This document shows positions 9,912 through 22,169 of a stretch of DNA of 64,000 nt, in pieces. The stretch lies in the NCBI GenBank assembly GCA_038205935.1, contig JBBRBK010000001.1:1-64000 (forward strand). Direction: 5' to 3'. The notes beneath the pieces are model-generated. The model had not been told where the DNA came from. It made no database searches and worked only from the letters and a program-made list of their open reading frames with translations. The stretch's first letter is position 1. Every line of letters begins with the position of its first letter. The stretch comes from Campylobacterales bacterium. GTDB taxonomy: Bacteria; Campylobacterota; Campylobacteria; Campylobacterales; Sulfurimonadaceae. The translations under genes and the position numbers were made by a program.

Positions 9912-10919
9912 TTATATTAATTTCATCCAGATTAAAAGATCATCTGCTTCTTTGCTTACATGTAAGAGTTCAAACTGAGATTTTTCATGATTCATACATA
10001 TTTTGCCACCCGTTTTAGGTGCAATAAAACTCAAATAGTAATCTACAGAATTTTTGCTTAACTCAAACATATTTGAGCCGCCTTCAATCATAATGCACTT
10101 ATAATCTTTCAATTTCTCAAAATCACTCTCAATATGTACTTTTCTTTTTGGTACGTTAAAGAGCGGAATAGTTCTATCAAATTCTTTTCTGCGAGATACT
10201 ATCAAAACATCGGGAGCTTTTCCATCACAGAGTCTTGCATCAAGCGTCGGTCTATCGACTCGTACCGTTTCTCCACCAATGACAAGAAGATCACAAACAG
10301 AACGCATCTTGTGAACAAGTGTTCTCGAGTCTAAAGAACTGATAGCTCCACCCTCTACACTTCCATCAAGTCTTTGAGCCCATTTAAAAAATACAAATCT
10401 TTCTTTGGTCCATTTTGTAAAAGGTACTAAAAGTGCATCGCTTCTTACATGTAAAGCTGAATGTTCAACTGAGATATCTGAATTTACTAAAATTTCTTCT
10501 CCGCCATCAGCTTTATCGGTTTTATCTGCTGATGCAATCACTACTCTTTTCACACCTAGCGTTGCAATAAGATTCGCACAAGATGGAGTTTTTCCTTCGT
10601 GAGAACAAGGTTCAAGCGTTACATGTAAGGTTACATTTTTAAAACAGCCGTTATGATTATTTAAAAGATAGTTATGGATTTCTCGTGAAGAAGTAAGTGA
10701 GAGAATTGTTTCATCATTTGTGAGTTTATAGTATGCCATTTGAAGTGCTAAAACCTCGGCATGAGGCCCACCAGCTTTTTGATGAGCTTCAACAGCTAAG
10801 AGTTCATATTTATGATTTACGACTGTGCATCCGACAGCCGGATTTGGATAGGTAAGAACTTGGAATTTCCACGCTTCACGAAGCGCCAATTCCATAAAGA
10901 AATTATCGTTGATTACCAT
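9912..10919 (-). CDS. ribD: Riboflavin biosynthesis deaminase/reductase RibD
   Basis: YPNPAVGC, HAEV and TLEPCSHEGKTPSC zinc motifs. Confidence 0.95.
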   Translation of the reverse strand: MVINDNFFMELALREAWKFQVLTYPNPAVGCTVVNHKYELLAVEAHQKAGGPHAEVLALQMAYYKLTNDETILSLTSSREIHNYLLNNHNGCFKNVTLHVTLEPCSHEGKTPSCANLIATLGVKRVVIASADKTDKADGGEEILVNSDISVEHSALHVRSDALLVPFTKWTKERFVFFKWAQRLDGSVEGGAISSLDSRTLVHKMRSVCDLLVIGGETVRVDRPTLDARLCDGKAPDVLIVSRRKEFDRTIPLFNVPKRKVHIESDFEKLKDYKCIMIEGGSNMFELSKNSVDYYLSFIAPKTGGKICMNHEKSQFELLHVSKEADDLLIWMKLI

Positions 10920-11347
10920 TCAAAGTAAGTACTAGCTTTAACGACATTGTTTAAAGGTACGATAACTTCTTCACCATCAGTTTGAAGATAAAGATCTTCA
11001 CCCTTGACAGCCACTAAGACACCTTTGAACTTCTCTTTACCTTGCGCAAGAATACTGACTTTCTCACCTATAGAATTGATAAAATTATCAAGTTTTGTAA
11101 GTTTTCTCTCTATTCCAGGACTTCCTACTTCAAGTCTGTAATCACCTGAAACTGGAGGTGTAACATCAAGTAAAGGAGAGATAAGATGTGTGATATTCAC
11201 ACATTTATCCATGCTTACACCCTTGTTTTCTTTGTCTTTTACACTAACTCTGTAGATAGTCTCGCCATGCTCACTTGTTATGATTGCATCATATAAGCTT
11301 AGACCGACTGACTCTACAACTGATTTAATATCACTTTCAAGACTCAT
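10913..11347 (-). CDS. rimP: Ribosome maturation factor RimP
   Basis: YRLEVGSPGIERKL motif; follows rbfA. Confidence 0.93.
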   Translation of the reverse strand: MSLESDIKSVVESVGLSLYDAIITSEHGETIYRVSVKDKENKGVSMDKCVNITHLISPLLDVTPPVSGDYRLEVGSPGIERKLTKLDNFINSIGEKVSILAQGKEKFKGVLVAVKGEDLYLQTDGEEVIVPLNNVVKASTYFEW

Positions 11348-11702
11348 GTTTTCTCTCTTTTTCTATGCGTTTAAAAAGATCTTCTAAGCCTTGACTTTTT
11401 TTGAGTTGATCATCAAACTCAAATGTTAGTTTTGGGGCTTTAAACCATCCTTGATCTTTTAAACAATAATCTTCTACGATTGGAGCCACTTTTTTCAGTT
11501 GTCTCATATAAAATGTACGTTCTTCTGGTGTATAAAAGTGAGGATCGATATAGACCTTCGCATCACTTCTTCCATGAGAACATTTTACTTCGACAACATC
11601 AAGCTCATGCATTCTTGCATCGTTGAGTGAACTAAAGGCTTCAGGAATTAACTCCTGAAGGATTGATTCAGTACGTTTTACTTTAATTTGAGCCGGAGTC
11701 AC
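11337..11702 (-). CDS. rbfA: Ribosome-binding factor A
   Basis: [13 protein letters not shown]...[12 protein letters not shown]; follows infB; GTG start. Confidence 0.9.
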   Translation of the reverse strand: MTPAQIKVKRTESILQELIPEAFSSLNDARMHELDVVEVKCSHGRSDAKVYIDPHFYTPEERTFYMRQLKKVAPIVEDYCLKDQGWFKAPKLTFEFDDQLKKSQGLEDLFKRIEKERKHES

Positions 11703-14296
11703 AGAGTAACCTTCGCCTCAGCTTTTGTAAATGTTTCGATGACATCGCCAACGACAACATCATTATAACCTTTAATAGCAACACCACACTCATAGCCGTT
11801 TGTAACTTCAGCAGCATCATCTTTAAAGCGTTTAAGTGATGTAAGTTCACCCTCAAACACAACGACACCATCACGAATAACACGGACTAAGCCACCGCGG
11901 ACAAGTTTACCATCAACAACAACACATCCAGCAACAGCTGCACCTTTTGGTGTTTTAAATACATTACGAACTTCTGCTTGACCTGTATTTGTTTCAGTAA
12001 ATACTGGAGACATCATTCCCGTAAGCATTCCCGTAATATCATCGATAAGTTGATATATAACAGAGTATGTTCTGATATCGACACTTTTTTGTTTTGCAGC
12101 AGCTTTTACGATACCTGTTGGACGAACGTTAAATCCGATAAGCGCTGTATTTTGACTATTTGCAACAAGTTCGACATCATTTTCAGTGATTCCACCGACA
12201 CCGCTTGAAATCACTTCAACTTTCACTTCATCATTACGAAGTTCTGAAAGTGCTCCACGAATCGCTTCGAGTGAACCGTGAACATCTGTTTTAAGAACGA
12301 TTTTAAGTGTTTTAAGTCTTCCCTCTGCAATTAATGAAGTAAGTTCATCAAGAGTAGTTTTTGTACTGTGTGAAAGGTCTTTACGTCTCTCATACTCATA
12401 ACGTTTTTGAGCGTATTCACGAGCATCTTTATCAGAGTTCATAGCAATCATTGTTTCACCAGCTGATGGAACTTCATTCAAACCTACAACAACAGCTGTA
12501 TGACTTGGTTTGAGTTCTTTGATCTGTGCTTTTTGATCATCTATCATTGCTTTGACACGGCCATAAGACTGTCCACAAACAACATAATCACCCACTTTTA
12601 AAGTACCATTTTGAACGATAACCGTAGCAACCGGACCACGTCCTTTTTCAAGTGAACTCTCAACAACAACTGCTTTTGCATTGGTTGTTTCATTTGCTTT
12701 AAGATCTAAAACTTCAGCAGTTAAAAGAATATTTTCAAGTAACTCATCGATCCCATCACCTTTTTTTGCTGAAACTGGGATAAACTCAATATCTCCACCC
12801 CACTCTGTTGGGTTAAGACCACGTTCTGCCATTTGACCTTTAACCATATCCGGATTCGCATTTTCTTTATCCATCTTGTTTAGGGCAACGATGATTGGCA
12901 CACCTGCTTCTTTTGCTATGTTAATAGCTTCAATAGTCTGAGGTTTAACACCATCATCTGCGGCGACCACGATAATAATAATATCTGTCGCATTTGCACC
13001 ACGTTGACGCATCGCACTAAAGGCCGCGTGACCTGGAGTATCTAAGAATGTAATCCATTTTCCATTTTGCTTGATTGTATATGCACCGATATGCTGAGTG
13101 ATTCCACCCGCTTCGCCAGCTGCAACTTTTGCACTTCTGATTGCATCAAGAAGTGAAGTTTTACCATGATCAACGTGACCCATGATTGTAATCACTGGAG
13201 GACGTTCAACAAGATCTTCATCACTCTCAGTTACTTCTTCTTCATAAGAATCTTCATAGTTAAATGCATCTTTTGGATCGATAGTTGTCACTTCAACATC
13301 AAACTCTTCAGCTAAGATTTCTATCTCATCTTTTCCAAGAAAGTCATTTTTTGTCATCATTAGACCAAGATCAAAAAGAACTTTGATCACTTCGATCATT
13401 GGACGATTGATTTTCTCTGCAAATTCATAAACACGGATATCTTCAGGAATTTCAACATGTGTTACGATCTCATCTGAAACTTTATCTTTAATATATTTTT
13501 TACGTTTGTCACGAGAAACTTTACGTGGTTGTTTATTTGCGCCTTGTTTTTTACCAGAATTTCTTCCTAAAGGTTTAGGTTCTCTTGGTTTTCTTGGCTC
13601 TTCTGGTTTAATCTCTGGTCGATGACTTGCATTTAAATCAACAAGTTCTACCTGATTATCTTCATAATCCATAGAAAGTTCACTTAAAGATTCACCAAAG
13701 ATATCAAGCTTCATTCCGCCTGTTTGTTTCTTTGTACTAGATGATGATACTGCAGCTGCTCTATTTTTCTTTTTACGAGCATTGAGTTCAGCTAAAGCTT
13801 CGGCACTCATTTTTCCATAACTAGAAACTGATTTAAAAGCATTATCGTCATGAGAATCACTAAAAATCTCTTCTTCGACTTTTGGCTTTTTCTTTTTAAC
13901 AATTTTTAGTCCAGAAGTTTTCACAGGAGCAACCATAGTGATTGGCCCTTTTCTCTCCTCTTTTTCTACAATAGCAGAACTAATAGTAGGCACTATAACT
14001 TCTGATTTTTCTATGACAGATTCTTCTTTGATTTCTTGAATCTTTACAACACTAACAGATTCTTTCATTGGTTCAACTGCTTCTTCTTTTTTAGGAGTTG
14101 TTTCTTTAGGTGCTTCATGAGTTACTTCATTTTCAGCACCATTCATAATATAATTTACTATCTTCTCAGCCTCTTCCATCGATACAGTGCTTGACGCTGT
14201 TTTTAGTTCCAAGCCCATATCTGTAGCTTTTTTAACTACTTCTTTTGATGTAATACCAAGCTCTTTTGCTATTTCGTGTACTCTAACTTTTTCCAT
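11699..14296 (-). CDS. infB: Translation initiation factor IF-2
   Basis: [28 protein letters not shown] and SLKRFKDD motifs. Confidence 0.98.
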   Translation of the reverse strand: MEKVRVHEIAKELGITSKEVVKKATDMGLELKTASSTVSMEEAEKIVNYIMNGAENEVTHEAPKETTPKKEEAVEPMKESVSVVKIQEIKEESVIEKSEVIVPTISSAIVEKEERKGPITMVAPVKTSGLKIVKKKKPKVEEEIFSDSHDDNAFKSVSSYGKMSAEALAELNARKKKNRAAAVSSSSTKKQTGGMKLDIFGESLSELSMDYEDNQVELVDLNASHRPEIKPEEPRKPREPKPLGRNSGKKQGANKQPRKVSRDKRKKYIKDKVSDEIVTHVEIPEDIRVYEFAEKINRPMIEVIKVLFDLGLMMTKNDFLGKDEIEILAEEFDVEVTTIDPKDAFNYEDSYEEEVTESDEDLVERPPVITIMGHVDHGKTSLLDAIRSAKVAAGEAGGITQHIGAYTIKQNGKWITFLDTPGHAAFSAMRQRGANATDIIIIVVAADDGVKPQTIEAINIAKEAGVPIIVALNKMDKENANPDMVKGQMAERGLNPTEWGGDIEFIPVSAKKGDGIDELLENILLTAEVLDLKANETTNAKAVVVESSLEKGRGPVATVIVQNGTLKVGDYVVCGQSYGRVKAMIDDQKAQIKELKPSHTAVVVGLNEVPSAGETMIAMNSDKDAREYAQKRYEYERRKDLSHSTKTTLDELTSLIAEGRLKTLKIVLKTDVHGSLEAIRGALSELRNDEVKVEVISSGVGGITENDVELVANSQNTALIGFNVRPTGIVKAAAKQKSVDIRTYSVIYQLIDDITGMLTGMMSPVFTETNTGQAEVRNVFKTPKGAAVAGCVVVDGKLVRGGLVRVIRDGVVVFEGELTSLKRFKDDAAEVTNGYECGVAIKGYNDVVVGDVIETFTKAEAKVTL

Positions 14297-14546
14297 TCTG
14301 AGTTATAATCTCCTTTAACTGGTTAGACAAACTTGCCATATCACTCATTTTACATTGTCGCATTAACGATTTTACGACTTTATTTTCATTTTTTAAACAC
14401 TCTTGACAAAGATAAAAGCTTCGTCCACTATTTGTAAAATGCTGTAGTGACTTATCCAAGCATCTCAAACGTAATAAAACATATTGCGGAAATCTATTTC
14501 TGCAGGTTATACACATTCGAGTAGGATTGCTGGAAATTTTCGGCAT
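14283..14546 (-). CDS. YlxR/DUF448-family RNA-binding protein
   Basis: PTRMCITCR and GRSFYLC motifs; upstream of infB; start uncertain (ATG 14546 or TTG 14567). Confidence 0.8.
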   Translation of the reverse strand: MPKISSNPTRMCITCRNRFPQYVLLRLRCLDKSLQHFTNSGRSFYLCQECLKNENKVVKSLMRQCKMSDMASLSNQLKEIITQNGKS

Positions 14547-14578
14547 TGTATCTAAATATTGCTTCAATTTTCTATAAA

Positions 14579-15460
14579 CTAGCGCTCAACAACGAGACCG
14601 TTATTGTCAAAATCCAAAGTCTTCACTTCATAATCCGGAAACTTTTGCTTAAATCTATTATTTAATGCGGCAGCATCTTGATCATAGACCATTGAGAAAA
14701 ACGTTGAACCACTCCCAGAGAGCGTACTCATCAAAGCGCCGCTGTCATATGCCATCTTTTGTATTGTAAAAAGCTCTGGCATCATCTTCATACGAATTTT
14801 TTGGTGAAATCTGTCTTGAGTCGCAAGGCGTAGCATTTCCCAGTCTTCATTAAAGAATGCAGCCGTAGTCACTGCTGTATGAGAAAGATTATAAACTGCA
14901 TTCTCTTTAGAGTAAGACTTTGGTAGTAGCGTCCTTGATTTGGAAGTGTTAATCGGTTTATTTGGTATTACAACTACAGCTTTAAGATAATCCGGCATAT
15001 GTTTTTTTTGTGAAAAAACTTTATTTTTCTCAATAGTAGCCGCATTAAAACCACCCATCACAGCCGGTGTAATATTGTCCGGATGAGATTCATATGCAAG
15101 TGCATGATTGAGTATTCTTCTATTTGAGACTTTTACTCCCGCTGCTTCATGTGCTGTGGAGATTGCACTGACTATGACAGCTGAAGAACTCCCAAGTCCT
15201 CTTGACATAGGAATTTGGTTGAAAAATGTAAATTTAAAAGTCTGTTTCGTCTGAGTTAAACGCTCATAATGCTCATTAAAAATACTGATAAAAAGATTAT
15301 TACCTTTGAGTCTTGGATTGTTTGCTCCCTCACCTTTAATAGCAATGCTAAAAAACTTTGAAGGATGAAACTCAACAATATTTCTAAGATCAACGGCAAG
15401 ACCGAGTGAATCAAATCCGGGCCCTAAATTTGCGCTTGTTGCTGGTACACTTATAGTCAC
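14579..15460 (-). CDS. thrB: Homoserine kinase
   Basis: [27 protein letters not shown] and SGSGST motifs. Confidence 0.96.
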   Translation of the reverse strand: MTISVPATSANLGPGFDSLGLAVDLRNIVEFHPSKFFSIAIKGEGANNPRLKGNNLFISIFNEHYERLTQTKQTFKFTFFNQIPMSRGLGSSSAVIVSAISTAHEAAGVKVSNRRILNHALAYESHPDNITPAVMGGFNAATIEKNKVFSQKKHMPDYLKAVVVIPNKPINTSKSRTLLPKSYSKENAVYNLSHTAVTTAAFFNEDWEMLRLATQDRFHQKIRMKMMPELFTIQKMAYDSGALMSTLSGSGSTFFSMVYDQDAAALNNRFKQKFPDYEVKTLDFDNNGLVVER

Positions 15461-15468
15461 TTTTTTCC

Positions 15469-15933
15469 TTATCCAACAGCACCGATTCCATATTTTGGAA
15501 CGGTATCTGTATCAAAATCATCATAATTTAAAAATTCTGGTAACACAAATTCTGAAGAAACGGGCTCATCAAACTTTTTTGTTTCAATTGCTTCTGTAGT
15601 TTTAACAAAATAGAGCTTTCCAACTGCTTTTATTGGACTATTTTGATTAAAATAAAATGCATCTGTTGCAAATAGTGGTATATTTTTCAAAACAGAAATC
15701 GATTTTAGAAAAATATACGTAACTTTAATAGCCATAAAGCTTCCCGGGCCATTTGCATAAAAAAGATTGTTTATTTTATATCTCTTTTGCAAATCCTCAT
15801 ATATCACCGGAAGTATTTCAGAGCTTTTTTCCTCCGTGATAACAGAGTCAATGAGTCTGTTATTTTCATAAACACCAAACATAATCGGAGAACTGAGTGC
15901 TAAAACTACTAGATCAATATCTTTCTTATGCAT
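15469..15933 (-). CDS. Short TsaB-like glycoprotease-family protein
   Basis: [12 protein letters not shown] motif; between lpxC and thrB as in Campylobacter/Helicobacter; start set to ATG 15933. Confidence 0.75.
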   Translation of the reverse strand: MHKKDIDLVVLALSSPIMFGVYENNRLIDSVITEEKSSEILPVIYEDLQKRYKINNLFYANGPGSFMAIKVTYIFLKSISVLKNIPLFATDAFYFNQNSPIKAVGKLYFVKTTEAIETKKFDEPVSSEFVLPEFLNYDDFDTDTVPKYGIGAVG

Positions 15934-16810
15934 ATGCTTTTGCGTATTCTTTCTCTTTTGCTCCGACGATATCAACTATCTCGTAGTTTGCAGGGTCTTT
16001 TAAAAGCTCTAAAGTCAGCATATGATTTAAATGGTGACTCCCAGCAAGTGCTTCATAATTACCTATAAAGTTCATTCCTATAAGGCTCATATCACCAATG
16101 GCATCAAGAATTTTATGTCTTACAAACTCATCAGTAAAACGAAGTCCTTCAGGATTTAAAACTTTTTTCTCATCCAAAACGATCGCATTTTCCAAAGAAC
16201 CTCCAAGTGCTAGGCCTTTTGATCTGAGATACTGAACTTCATGTAAAAATCCAAAAGTTCGAGCACGAGCAACTTCTTTTTTATAGTTTTCTTTTGTAAA
16301 TTCTAAGACATAAGCTTGATGATCTATCACCGGATGAGCGAATTTAATAGTAAAGTCATAACGAAGATCTTTTGATGGAGAAAGCTTCACGTATTTGTCA
16401 CCATCACGAATCTCGATATCTTTTTTAATGATCATAATACGCTTTGGGACATCTTGTTCAAGGATACCTGCTTCATCTAAAAGCATACAAAAACTCGCAC
16501 TGCTTCCATCCATAACAGGAACCTCATCTGAATCAACAAGGATTCTTAAATTATCAATTCCGTAGGCATATACAGCAGATAAAAGATGCTCGATTGTAGA
16601 AATGGAGTAGCCGTCTTTGCCAATAACTGTCGCCATTTTTGTATCAACAACATTCTCAGGGATCAGAGGAATAGAGACGCCGGCGTCTCTTCGTACAAAG
16701 ACGATGCCGCTGTTTGCCTCGAGCGGTTCTAGTGTCAAATTGACAGGATTTCCGCGATGAAGGCCTATTCCAACAAGTGAAACGGGCTTTTTAATAGTTG
16801 TTTGGTACAT
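15926..16810 (-). CDS. lpxC: UDP-3-O-acyl-N-acetylglucosamine deacetylase
   Basis: [21 protein letters not shown] and [10 protein letters not shown] motifs. Confidence 0.97.
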   Translation of the reverse strand: MYQTTIKKPVSLVGIGLHRGNPVNLTLEPLEANSGIVFVRRDAGVSIPLIPENVVDTKMATVIGKDGYSISTIEHLLSAVYAYGIDNLRILVDSDEVPVMDGSSASFCMLLDEAGILEQDVPKRIMIIKKDIEIRDGDKYVKLSPSKDLRYDFTIKFAHPVIDHQAYVLEFTKENYKKEVARARTFGFLHEVQYLRSKGLALGGSLENAIVLDEKKVLNPEGLRFTDEFVRHKILDAIGDMSLIGMNFIGNYEALAGSHHLNHMLTLELLKDPANYEIVDIVGAKEKEYAKAYA

Positions 16811-16864
16811 AACTCAAGTTCCTATTCGCAATATATATTTTAAAATTATAACCCAATTATAGGA

Positions 16865-18235
16865 CTATTGTTTCTCGATAATACTTTTTCCGTCCTTAAT
16901 GACATCTTCAATATTTAATTTCATCCAATGAGTATCCATCCACTCTTCAGGACGAACCTCAATACCTTGAACCAAAACTCCAAAGTGTAGGTGATCTCCC
17001 ATAGCATATCCGGTCATACCAGTTTTTCCTAACACTTCTCCTTGTTTCACTTCATCACCAACGGCTATATTTAAACTTGAGCAGTGTCCATAGAGTGTAT
17101 AAAGCCCAAGACCGTGATCGATAATCGGATCATTTCCATAAAGTCCATTATAACTTGCAAATACAACATGTCCAGAATTTTGAGTTAAAATATCTGCCTG
17201 ATGGACACTTGCAAGGTCAAGTCCCATATGGTATGCTTCGCTGACTACTTTTCCGTTATATGAGTAGATTCTATGATCTGCATAACTTGCAACTGGCGCA
17301 CCATTTTCAAGAGGATGCATAGGGTTGATCCTAAAATCAGTTATCATTTTCTTTTGATCTACTTTTGAAGTTATCTTATGGATAAGATCCTCATTTTTCG
17401 TACGTACAGTTTCATTGATAAGTTTAAACTTCTCTAATTTATCCGTAACACCGGCAGTCTCTTGAAACTCATCTCCAAGTTGGGCAATTTTTCCATCAAG
17501 AAAGGCATCTTTGACTTCCATATTTGATACTTTGTACTGTCTATCTACAAGATAAAGTCTGACATAATCCTCTGCTTTATTGCCTGCCATATCCTCAGCT
17601 ACAATAGTCGCTCTAAAATTAGGTTGAGAAATCGGCCATGCGATAAGAGCGATATAATATCCCGGTTTCACAAACGGCTGCGCATAAAAATCTTTTCCAA
17701 AATTTGTAGTAATTTTTACACTTTTCAGATGCTCATCGCTTGCCTTAAAGATAATAAGTGCGCTTCCACCCTTTTCGATCGCATAAGAGTTGGTCAAATC
17801 CGTTACAACAGGTCTTTTTGAATCAATAACTAAATTAACCTCTTGCTTAGTCACATTGCCACGAAAAAAGTTCCATTTGCTCGCATCTCTCGCTGTGATC
17901 GTAATCTTTGCTTTATCGCTTCTAAGTCTAAAAAGCTGTTTTGGAGGGGTAACATCCATAGAAACATTGTTCTCTTTTTTCATCAATTTTTCATTCGCTA
18001 TCACATAATCCTGATTATCCACATTGAGCGTCACTGAATATTCAACTATTCCACTTTGATCTTTTATGTTTACATGTAAAGGATCTTTGAGGTTCCAATA
18101 CCCATCTTTGTCAACCTTTACTTCCGGCGCATTACGATTAAACATGGAAGATGTGTAAATAAATATAGCTCCCCCTATCAGTGATAGAAAAAATATCCAA
18201 GTTATAAGCGATGAAGAGTCTCTTCTTTGTTTCAT
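16865..18235 (-). CDS. M23-family metallopeptidase (peptidoglycan endopeptidase)
   Basis: N-terminal transmembrane segment; HMGLDLAS and HLHF zinc motifs. Confidence 0.9.
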   Translation of the reverse strand: MKQRRDSSSLITWIFFLSLIGGAIFIYTSSMFNRNAPEVKVDKDGYWNLKDPLHVNIKDQSGIVEYSVTLNVDNQDYVIANEKLMKKENNVSMDVTPPKQLFRLRSDKAKITITARDASKWNFFRGNVTKQEVNLVIDSKRPVVTDLTNSYAIEKGGSALIIFKASDEHLKSVKITTNFGKDFYAQPFVKPGYYIALIAWPISQPNFRATIVAEDMAGNKAEDYVRLYLVDRQYKVSNMEVKDAFLDGKIAQLGDEFQETAGVTDKLEKFKLINETVRTKNEDLIHKITSKVDQKKMITDFRINPMHPLENGAPVASYADHRIYSYNGKVVSEAYHMGLDLASVHQADILTQNSGHVVFASYNGLYGNDPIIDHGLGLYTLYGHCSSLNIAVGDEVKQGEVLGKTGMTGYAMGDHLHFGVLVQGIEVRPEEWMDTHWMKLNIEDVIKDGKSIIEKQ

Positions 18236-19176
18236 TGTTTGTGTTCCTTTATGAGTTGTATTAGTTTTTTTGTTGCATCTAGCATATCATTTGTTGTGAG
18301 GGTGAATCCTGATGAATGCGGATGTCCTCCGCCTCCATAAAGGTTTGCAACACTGTTCACATTGACACTGCCATCACTTCTGAGCGATCCCTTGAGTGTC
18401 CTATCTTTGTTCTCTCGAAGCAGTAAAGCCACTTTAACACTCGGCAGATGTAAAGCCTCATCGAGCGCTGCTTCACAATCACTCGCCCTTGCGCCATATC
18501 TTTGCATCATCTCCTGGTCTACATGTAAGAGGGCAATTTCTCCATCTTGATGGAGCGTCATCGAAAGCATCATGGCACCTTTAAGACGATACGCTGCAAG
18601 TGACATATATTTTGAGATATACTCACTGCATGTTTTGACATCGGCTCCAAGTTCACATAGTTCTTTTGCCATAGTAAAAACTTTTTCATCAGTTTTTACA
18701 CTTAAAAAGTTAGATGAATCATCTAGCAAACCTGCATAAAGAGCTGTTGCCATTTTAGGATTGATCGATATCTCATTCGCTTTAAAAAAATCAAACAAAA
18801 CCTGAGTTGTACTTATCGCATTCGGATCTACTATATTAAATCTCGCGTATGCATCATTACTCTGATGATGATCAATATTGATAAGATCAATAGCAATATC
18901 TGTGCCGATTCTCGCATGTGTTCCGCAATCTAAACTGATCGCTAGATCCGCATCTGTAGGAAAAACATCCCGCAGTTTTTCTACCCATGGCAAAAATTTC
19001 AATTTTTCATCTATATGTTTCGATGCACAAAAAAATGAAACCTTCTTGTGTAATTTTAACATATAAGTATAAACAGCAGACGCGCTACTGAGAGAATCAG
19101 CATCAGGATTCACATGAGAAATCACGACAACATGTTTTGCATTTTCAATAGTTTCAATGATTTTTGGATTTTTCAT
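18232..19176 (-). CDS. DHH/DHHA1 phosphoesterase (NrnA-like oligoribonuclease/pAp phosphatase)
   Basis: HVNPDADS, IDHH, GSLRS and GGGGH motifs. Confidence 0.9.
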   Translation of the reverse strand: MKNPKIIETIENAKHVVVISHVNPDADSLSSASAVYTYMLKLHKKVSFFCASKHIDEKLKFLPWVEKLRDVFPTDADLAISLDCGTHARIGTDIAIDLINIDHHQSNDAYARFNIVDPNAISTTQVLFDFFKANEISINPKMATALYAGLLDDSSNFLSVKTDEKVFTMAKELCELGADVKTCSEYISKYMSLAAYRLKGAMMLSMTLHQDGEIALLHVDQEMMQRYGARASDCEAALDEALHLPSVKVALLLRENKDRTLKGSLRSDGSVNVNSVANLYGGGGHPHSSGFTLTTNDMLDATKKLIQLIKEHKQ

Positions 19177-19190
19177 GGTGCAATTATAGG

Positions 19191-20249
19191 CTAATTTTTA
19201 TTCATTTTGTAGACATATGCCAGTACTTCGGCAACTGCAGCAAAGAGTTCTTCTGGAATCTCACGCTCCACTTCCACTTGAGCATATAATGCGCGGGCTA
19301 AAGGAGGATCTTGAACAATATGTACACCATTTTCACGGGCAATCTCTTTAATCTTGAGCGCCATATGATTCATCCCTTTTGCCAAGACAACCGGTGCGTG
19401 ACCTTTTTTCTCATCATATTTGATTGCAACAGCATAGTGCGTTGGATTGGTGATAACTACATCTGCTTGAGGAACTGAAGCCATCATTCGCTTTCTCGCT
19501 GATTGCATCTGCATTTGGCGAATTTTCCCTTTGATGAGTGGATCTCCTTCCATGTTTTTCATCTCATCTTTGATCTCTTGTTTACTCATTTTTAACTCAT
19601 CAAAATAGCGTTTTCGCACAAGGACAATATCAATAGCCGCATAGATTCCAATTATAAATAGCATGATAGCCGCTAAAATGATCGCCTTATGCACCATCCA
19701 TGAAAGTTGATCATGTAAACTAAAAAGTACAACGGTAGGAAGCTCTTTTGTGTAAAGAAAGAAAAAATAAAATCCAATACCGAGTGTAGTCAAAGCTTTC
19801 ATTGTAATCTTAAAGCCATCAACAAGCTTTTTAAGAGAAAAAAGATTTTTCATCCCACTAATCATATTAATTTTAGAAAAATTTGGTGCGATTGCATCTG
19901 CATTAAACAAAAAGCCAAATTGTGCAAGTGCTGCCAAGATACCGGAAATTGCAACGATGAGTGACAAGGGAAGGAAAATAATGAAAAATTCTTTAGCAGT
20001 TACGATTGCTATATTCATAAGCGTATCACGAGTGAGTTCCGTATTCCCAAGTAGTGAAAAATAATATTTTGCTAAAAATACTACATGCTCTGACATGAAA
20101 TTAAAAAGCATCAAAACGCCTAAAATAGCGGCAAAAAGAGTTAGGACGCCGGAAGCATCCTGACTCTTTGGAACATTTCCCTTTGCCCTGGCATCTTCTA
20201 TCTTTTTGGAGGTGGGTTCTTCGGTCTTTTCGCCTTCGTCTTCAGCCAT
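19191..20249 (-). CDS. flhB: Flagellar export apparatus protein FlhB
   Basis: EKTEEPTSKK N-terminus; TNPTH autocleavage motif. Confidence 0.97.
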   Translation of the reverse strand: MAEDEGEKTEEPTSKKIEDARAKGNVPKSQDASGVLTLFAAILGVLMLFNFMSEHVVFLAKYYFSLLGNTELTRDTLMNIAIVTAKEFFIIFLPLSLIVAISGILAALAQFGFLFNADAIAPNFSKINMISGMKNLFSLKKLVDGFKITMKALTTLGIGFYFFFLYTKELPTVVLFSLHDQLSWMVHKAIILAAIMLFIIGIYAAIDIVLVRKRYFDELKMSKQEIKDEMKNMEGDPLIKGKIRQMQMQSARKRMMASVPQADVVITNPTHYAVAIKYDEKKGHAPVVLAKGMNHMALKIKEIARENGVHIVQDPPLARALYAQVEVEREIPEELFAAVAEVLAYVYKMNKN

Positions 20250-20261
20250 TTAGTTAAAAAC

Positions 20262-21077
20262 CTACTCAACTTTCATTGAAAGATCTATCCAGTTTGCCTG
20301 ATGTATCAGTGAACCGCTACTGATGGCATCGATGCCTGTTGCGGCAAAACTTTCTATTGTTTCTTGTGAGATATTTCCACTTGCTTCTAAAAGAATATGT
20401 GGATAATGTGCCTTTTTATACTCGACTATTTTCCTCATTTGCTCAGGAGTCATATTGTCACACATCACAATATCTGCGCCCGCACTCATTGCTAATACTG
20501 CCATATCAAAGCTTTCAGCTTCAACTTCTATCTTACATGTAAAGGGTATTTTTGTTCGTGCCGTTTTGATGTATTCATCGAGATTCTCAATTGTTTTTAG
20601 GTGCGTATCTTTAAGCATCAAACAATCATCAAGACCCATTCTGTGGTTTGTCGCTCCGCCTGTTCTTGTTGCATATTTTTCAAAATTTCGAAGAAGCGGA
20701 CGTGTTTTTCTCGTATCAAGAAGTTTAGTTCCATAAGGTTGAATGAGTTTGACATATTTTCTTGTGAGCGTAGCGATGGAGCTTGCATGTAAGAGCATAT
20801 TGAGCATACTTCGTTCACAGCGCAAGAGTGCATGTGAAGAACCGCTGATCTTTGCAATGGTCTCGCCTCTTACAAACTCCTGCGAATCCTCTTTAAACCA
20901 CTCTACATGTAAGCCTTCTAGCAAAGCCAAAGCATTCACATATTTTACGCCCGCAATAACGCCATCGCTCTTTGCTACGATATTTGCAGTTGCATCGCGC
21001 GCAGGTTCTACAAGTGCATACAGATCGCCGCGTCCAACATCTTCAGCTAAAACAGCTTTTACAAACTCTTCTATCAT
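20262..21077 (-). CDS. nadC: Nicotinate-nucleotide diphosphorylase (carboxylating)
   Basis: DTRKTRP, NHRMGLDD and EASGNI motifs; start ATG 21077 overlaps the nadA stop (ATGA). Confidence 0.95.
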   Translation of the reverse strand: MIEEFVKAVLAEDVGRGDLYALVEPARDATANIVAKSDGVIAGVKYVNALALLEGLHVEWFKEDSQEFVRGETIAKISGSSHALLRCERSMLNMLLHASSIATLTRKYVKLIQPYGTKLLDTRKTRPLLRNFEKYATRTGGATNHRMGLDDCLMLKDTHLKTIENLDEYIKTARTKIPFTCKIEVEAESFDMAVLAMSAGADIVMCDNMTPEQMRKIVEYKKAHYPHILLEASGNISQETIESFAATGIDAISSGSLIHQANWIDLSMKVE

Positions 21078-22072
21078 AACGCCATCATTCTTTCTAGTGC
21101 GATTTTTGCCCAATATTGCGTTTTTTCATCTATAAATATCTCATTGATGGGCGCACCATCATCTATGGCTTTAAGCGTCAGATATACATCTTCGAGTGTC
21201 GTTTCATTCATCGTCGGACATTCAGGTTTTGTTGATGAAAGGATATAAGTGTTTTTTGAACGTAAACGATTAACCATATTGAACTCTGTTCCAACAGCTA
21301 CTTTCTGATCTTCTGGCAACTCTGTAATATACTTGATAAGCTGAGAAGTTGAACCAACGAAGTCCGCTTTATCGCAGATTGTTGGATCACATTCAGGATG
21401 CACAGCGATGAGTATTCCTGGATATTTTTTACGATAAAACGCGATATCATCCACAGAGAAAAGCTGATGCACTGAACAAAAACCATCAAAACAGATAATG
21501 TCACACTCTTTTGGATCGCCACCAAGCCCGATAACCATTGATTTTAAACCCATCTGATTTGCGATGTTTTGTCCAAGACATCTGTCAGGCACGAAAAGGA
21601 TTTTTTTGCCCTCTTGCAATGCTTTTGTAATAATGATTTTTGCGTTGGCACTTGTACAGACCATTCCACCCATTTCGCCCACTTTTGCTTTAACCTCAGC
21701 GTTAGAATTGATGTAAGTGATGGGTAGAACATCCTCTTTTTTGATTCCGTTTTTTTCTAAAAAGGCAACAGATTCATCAAAGTAAATTGTGTCTATCATC
21801 CTTGCCATCGCACAGCACGCTACTTTTGGCATAACAACACGCTTTTCTGGGCTCAATACTTTAACACTTTGCCCCATAAAACCAACACCACAAAAAAGTA
21901 CAAACTCCGCGTCATCATCTTGTGTTTTACGTGCTAGTTCCAAAGAGTCGCCAACAATGTCAGCCATCTCAAAAACTTCGTCTCTTTGGTAAAAATGCGC
22001 AACCACTGTTACACTCAGTTTTGCTTTTAATTCTTGTATTTTTTCTTTTAATTCTTCAGTTGAATAGTTCAC
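21074..22072 (-). CDS. nadA: Quinolinate synthase
   Basis: AHFYQ, GDSLELA, CSVH, HPEC and ECPTMNE motifs; GTG start at 22072 with AGGA upstream. Confidence 0.95.
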   Translation of the reverse strand: MNYSTEELKEKIQELKAKLSVTVVAHFYQRDEVFEMADIVGDSLELARKTQDDDAEFVLFCGVGFMGQSVKVLSPEKRVVMPKVACCAMARMIDTIYFDESVAFLEKNGIKKEDVLPITYINSNAEVKAKVGEMGGMVCTSANAKIIITKALQEGKKILFVPDRCLGQNIANQMGLKSMVIGLGGDPKECDIICFDGFCSVHQLFSVDDIAFYRKKYPGILIAVHPECDPTICDKADFVGSTSQLIKYITELPEDQKVAVGTEFNMVNRLRSKNTYILSSTKPECPTMNETTLEDVYLTLKAIDDGAPINEIFIDEKTQYWAKIALERMMAL

Positions 22073-22169
22073 TTTTGTAGTCCTAAAAATCAATAATTTT
22101 GAAATTATATCAGATTCTAATAATAATTCTTGTAGAATTCCCGCATCAAAAATAGAAGGATTTTTAATA

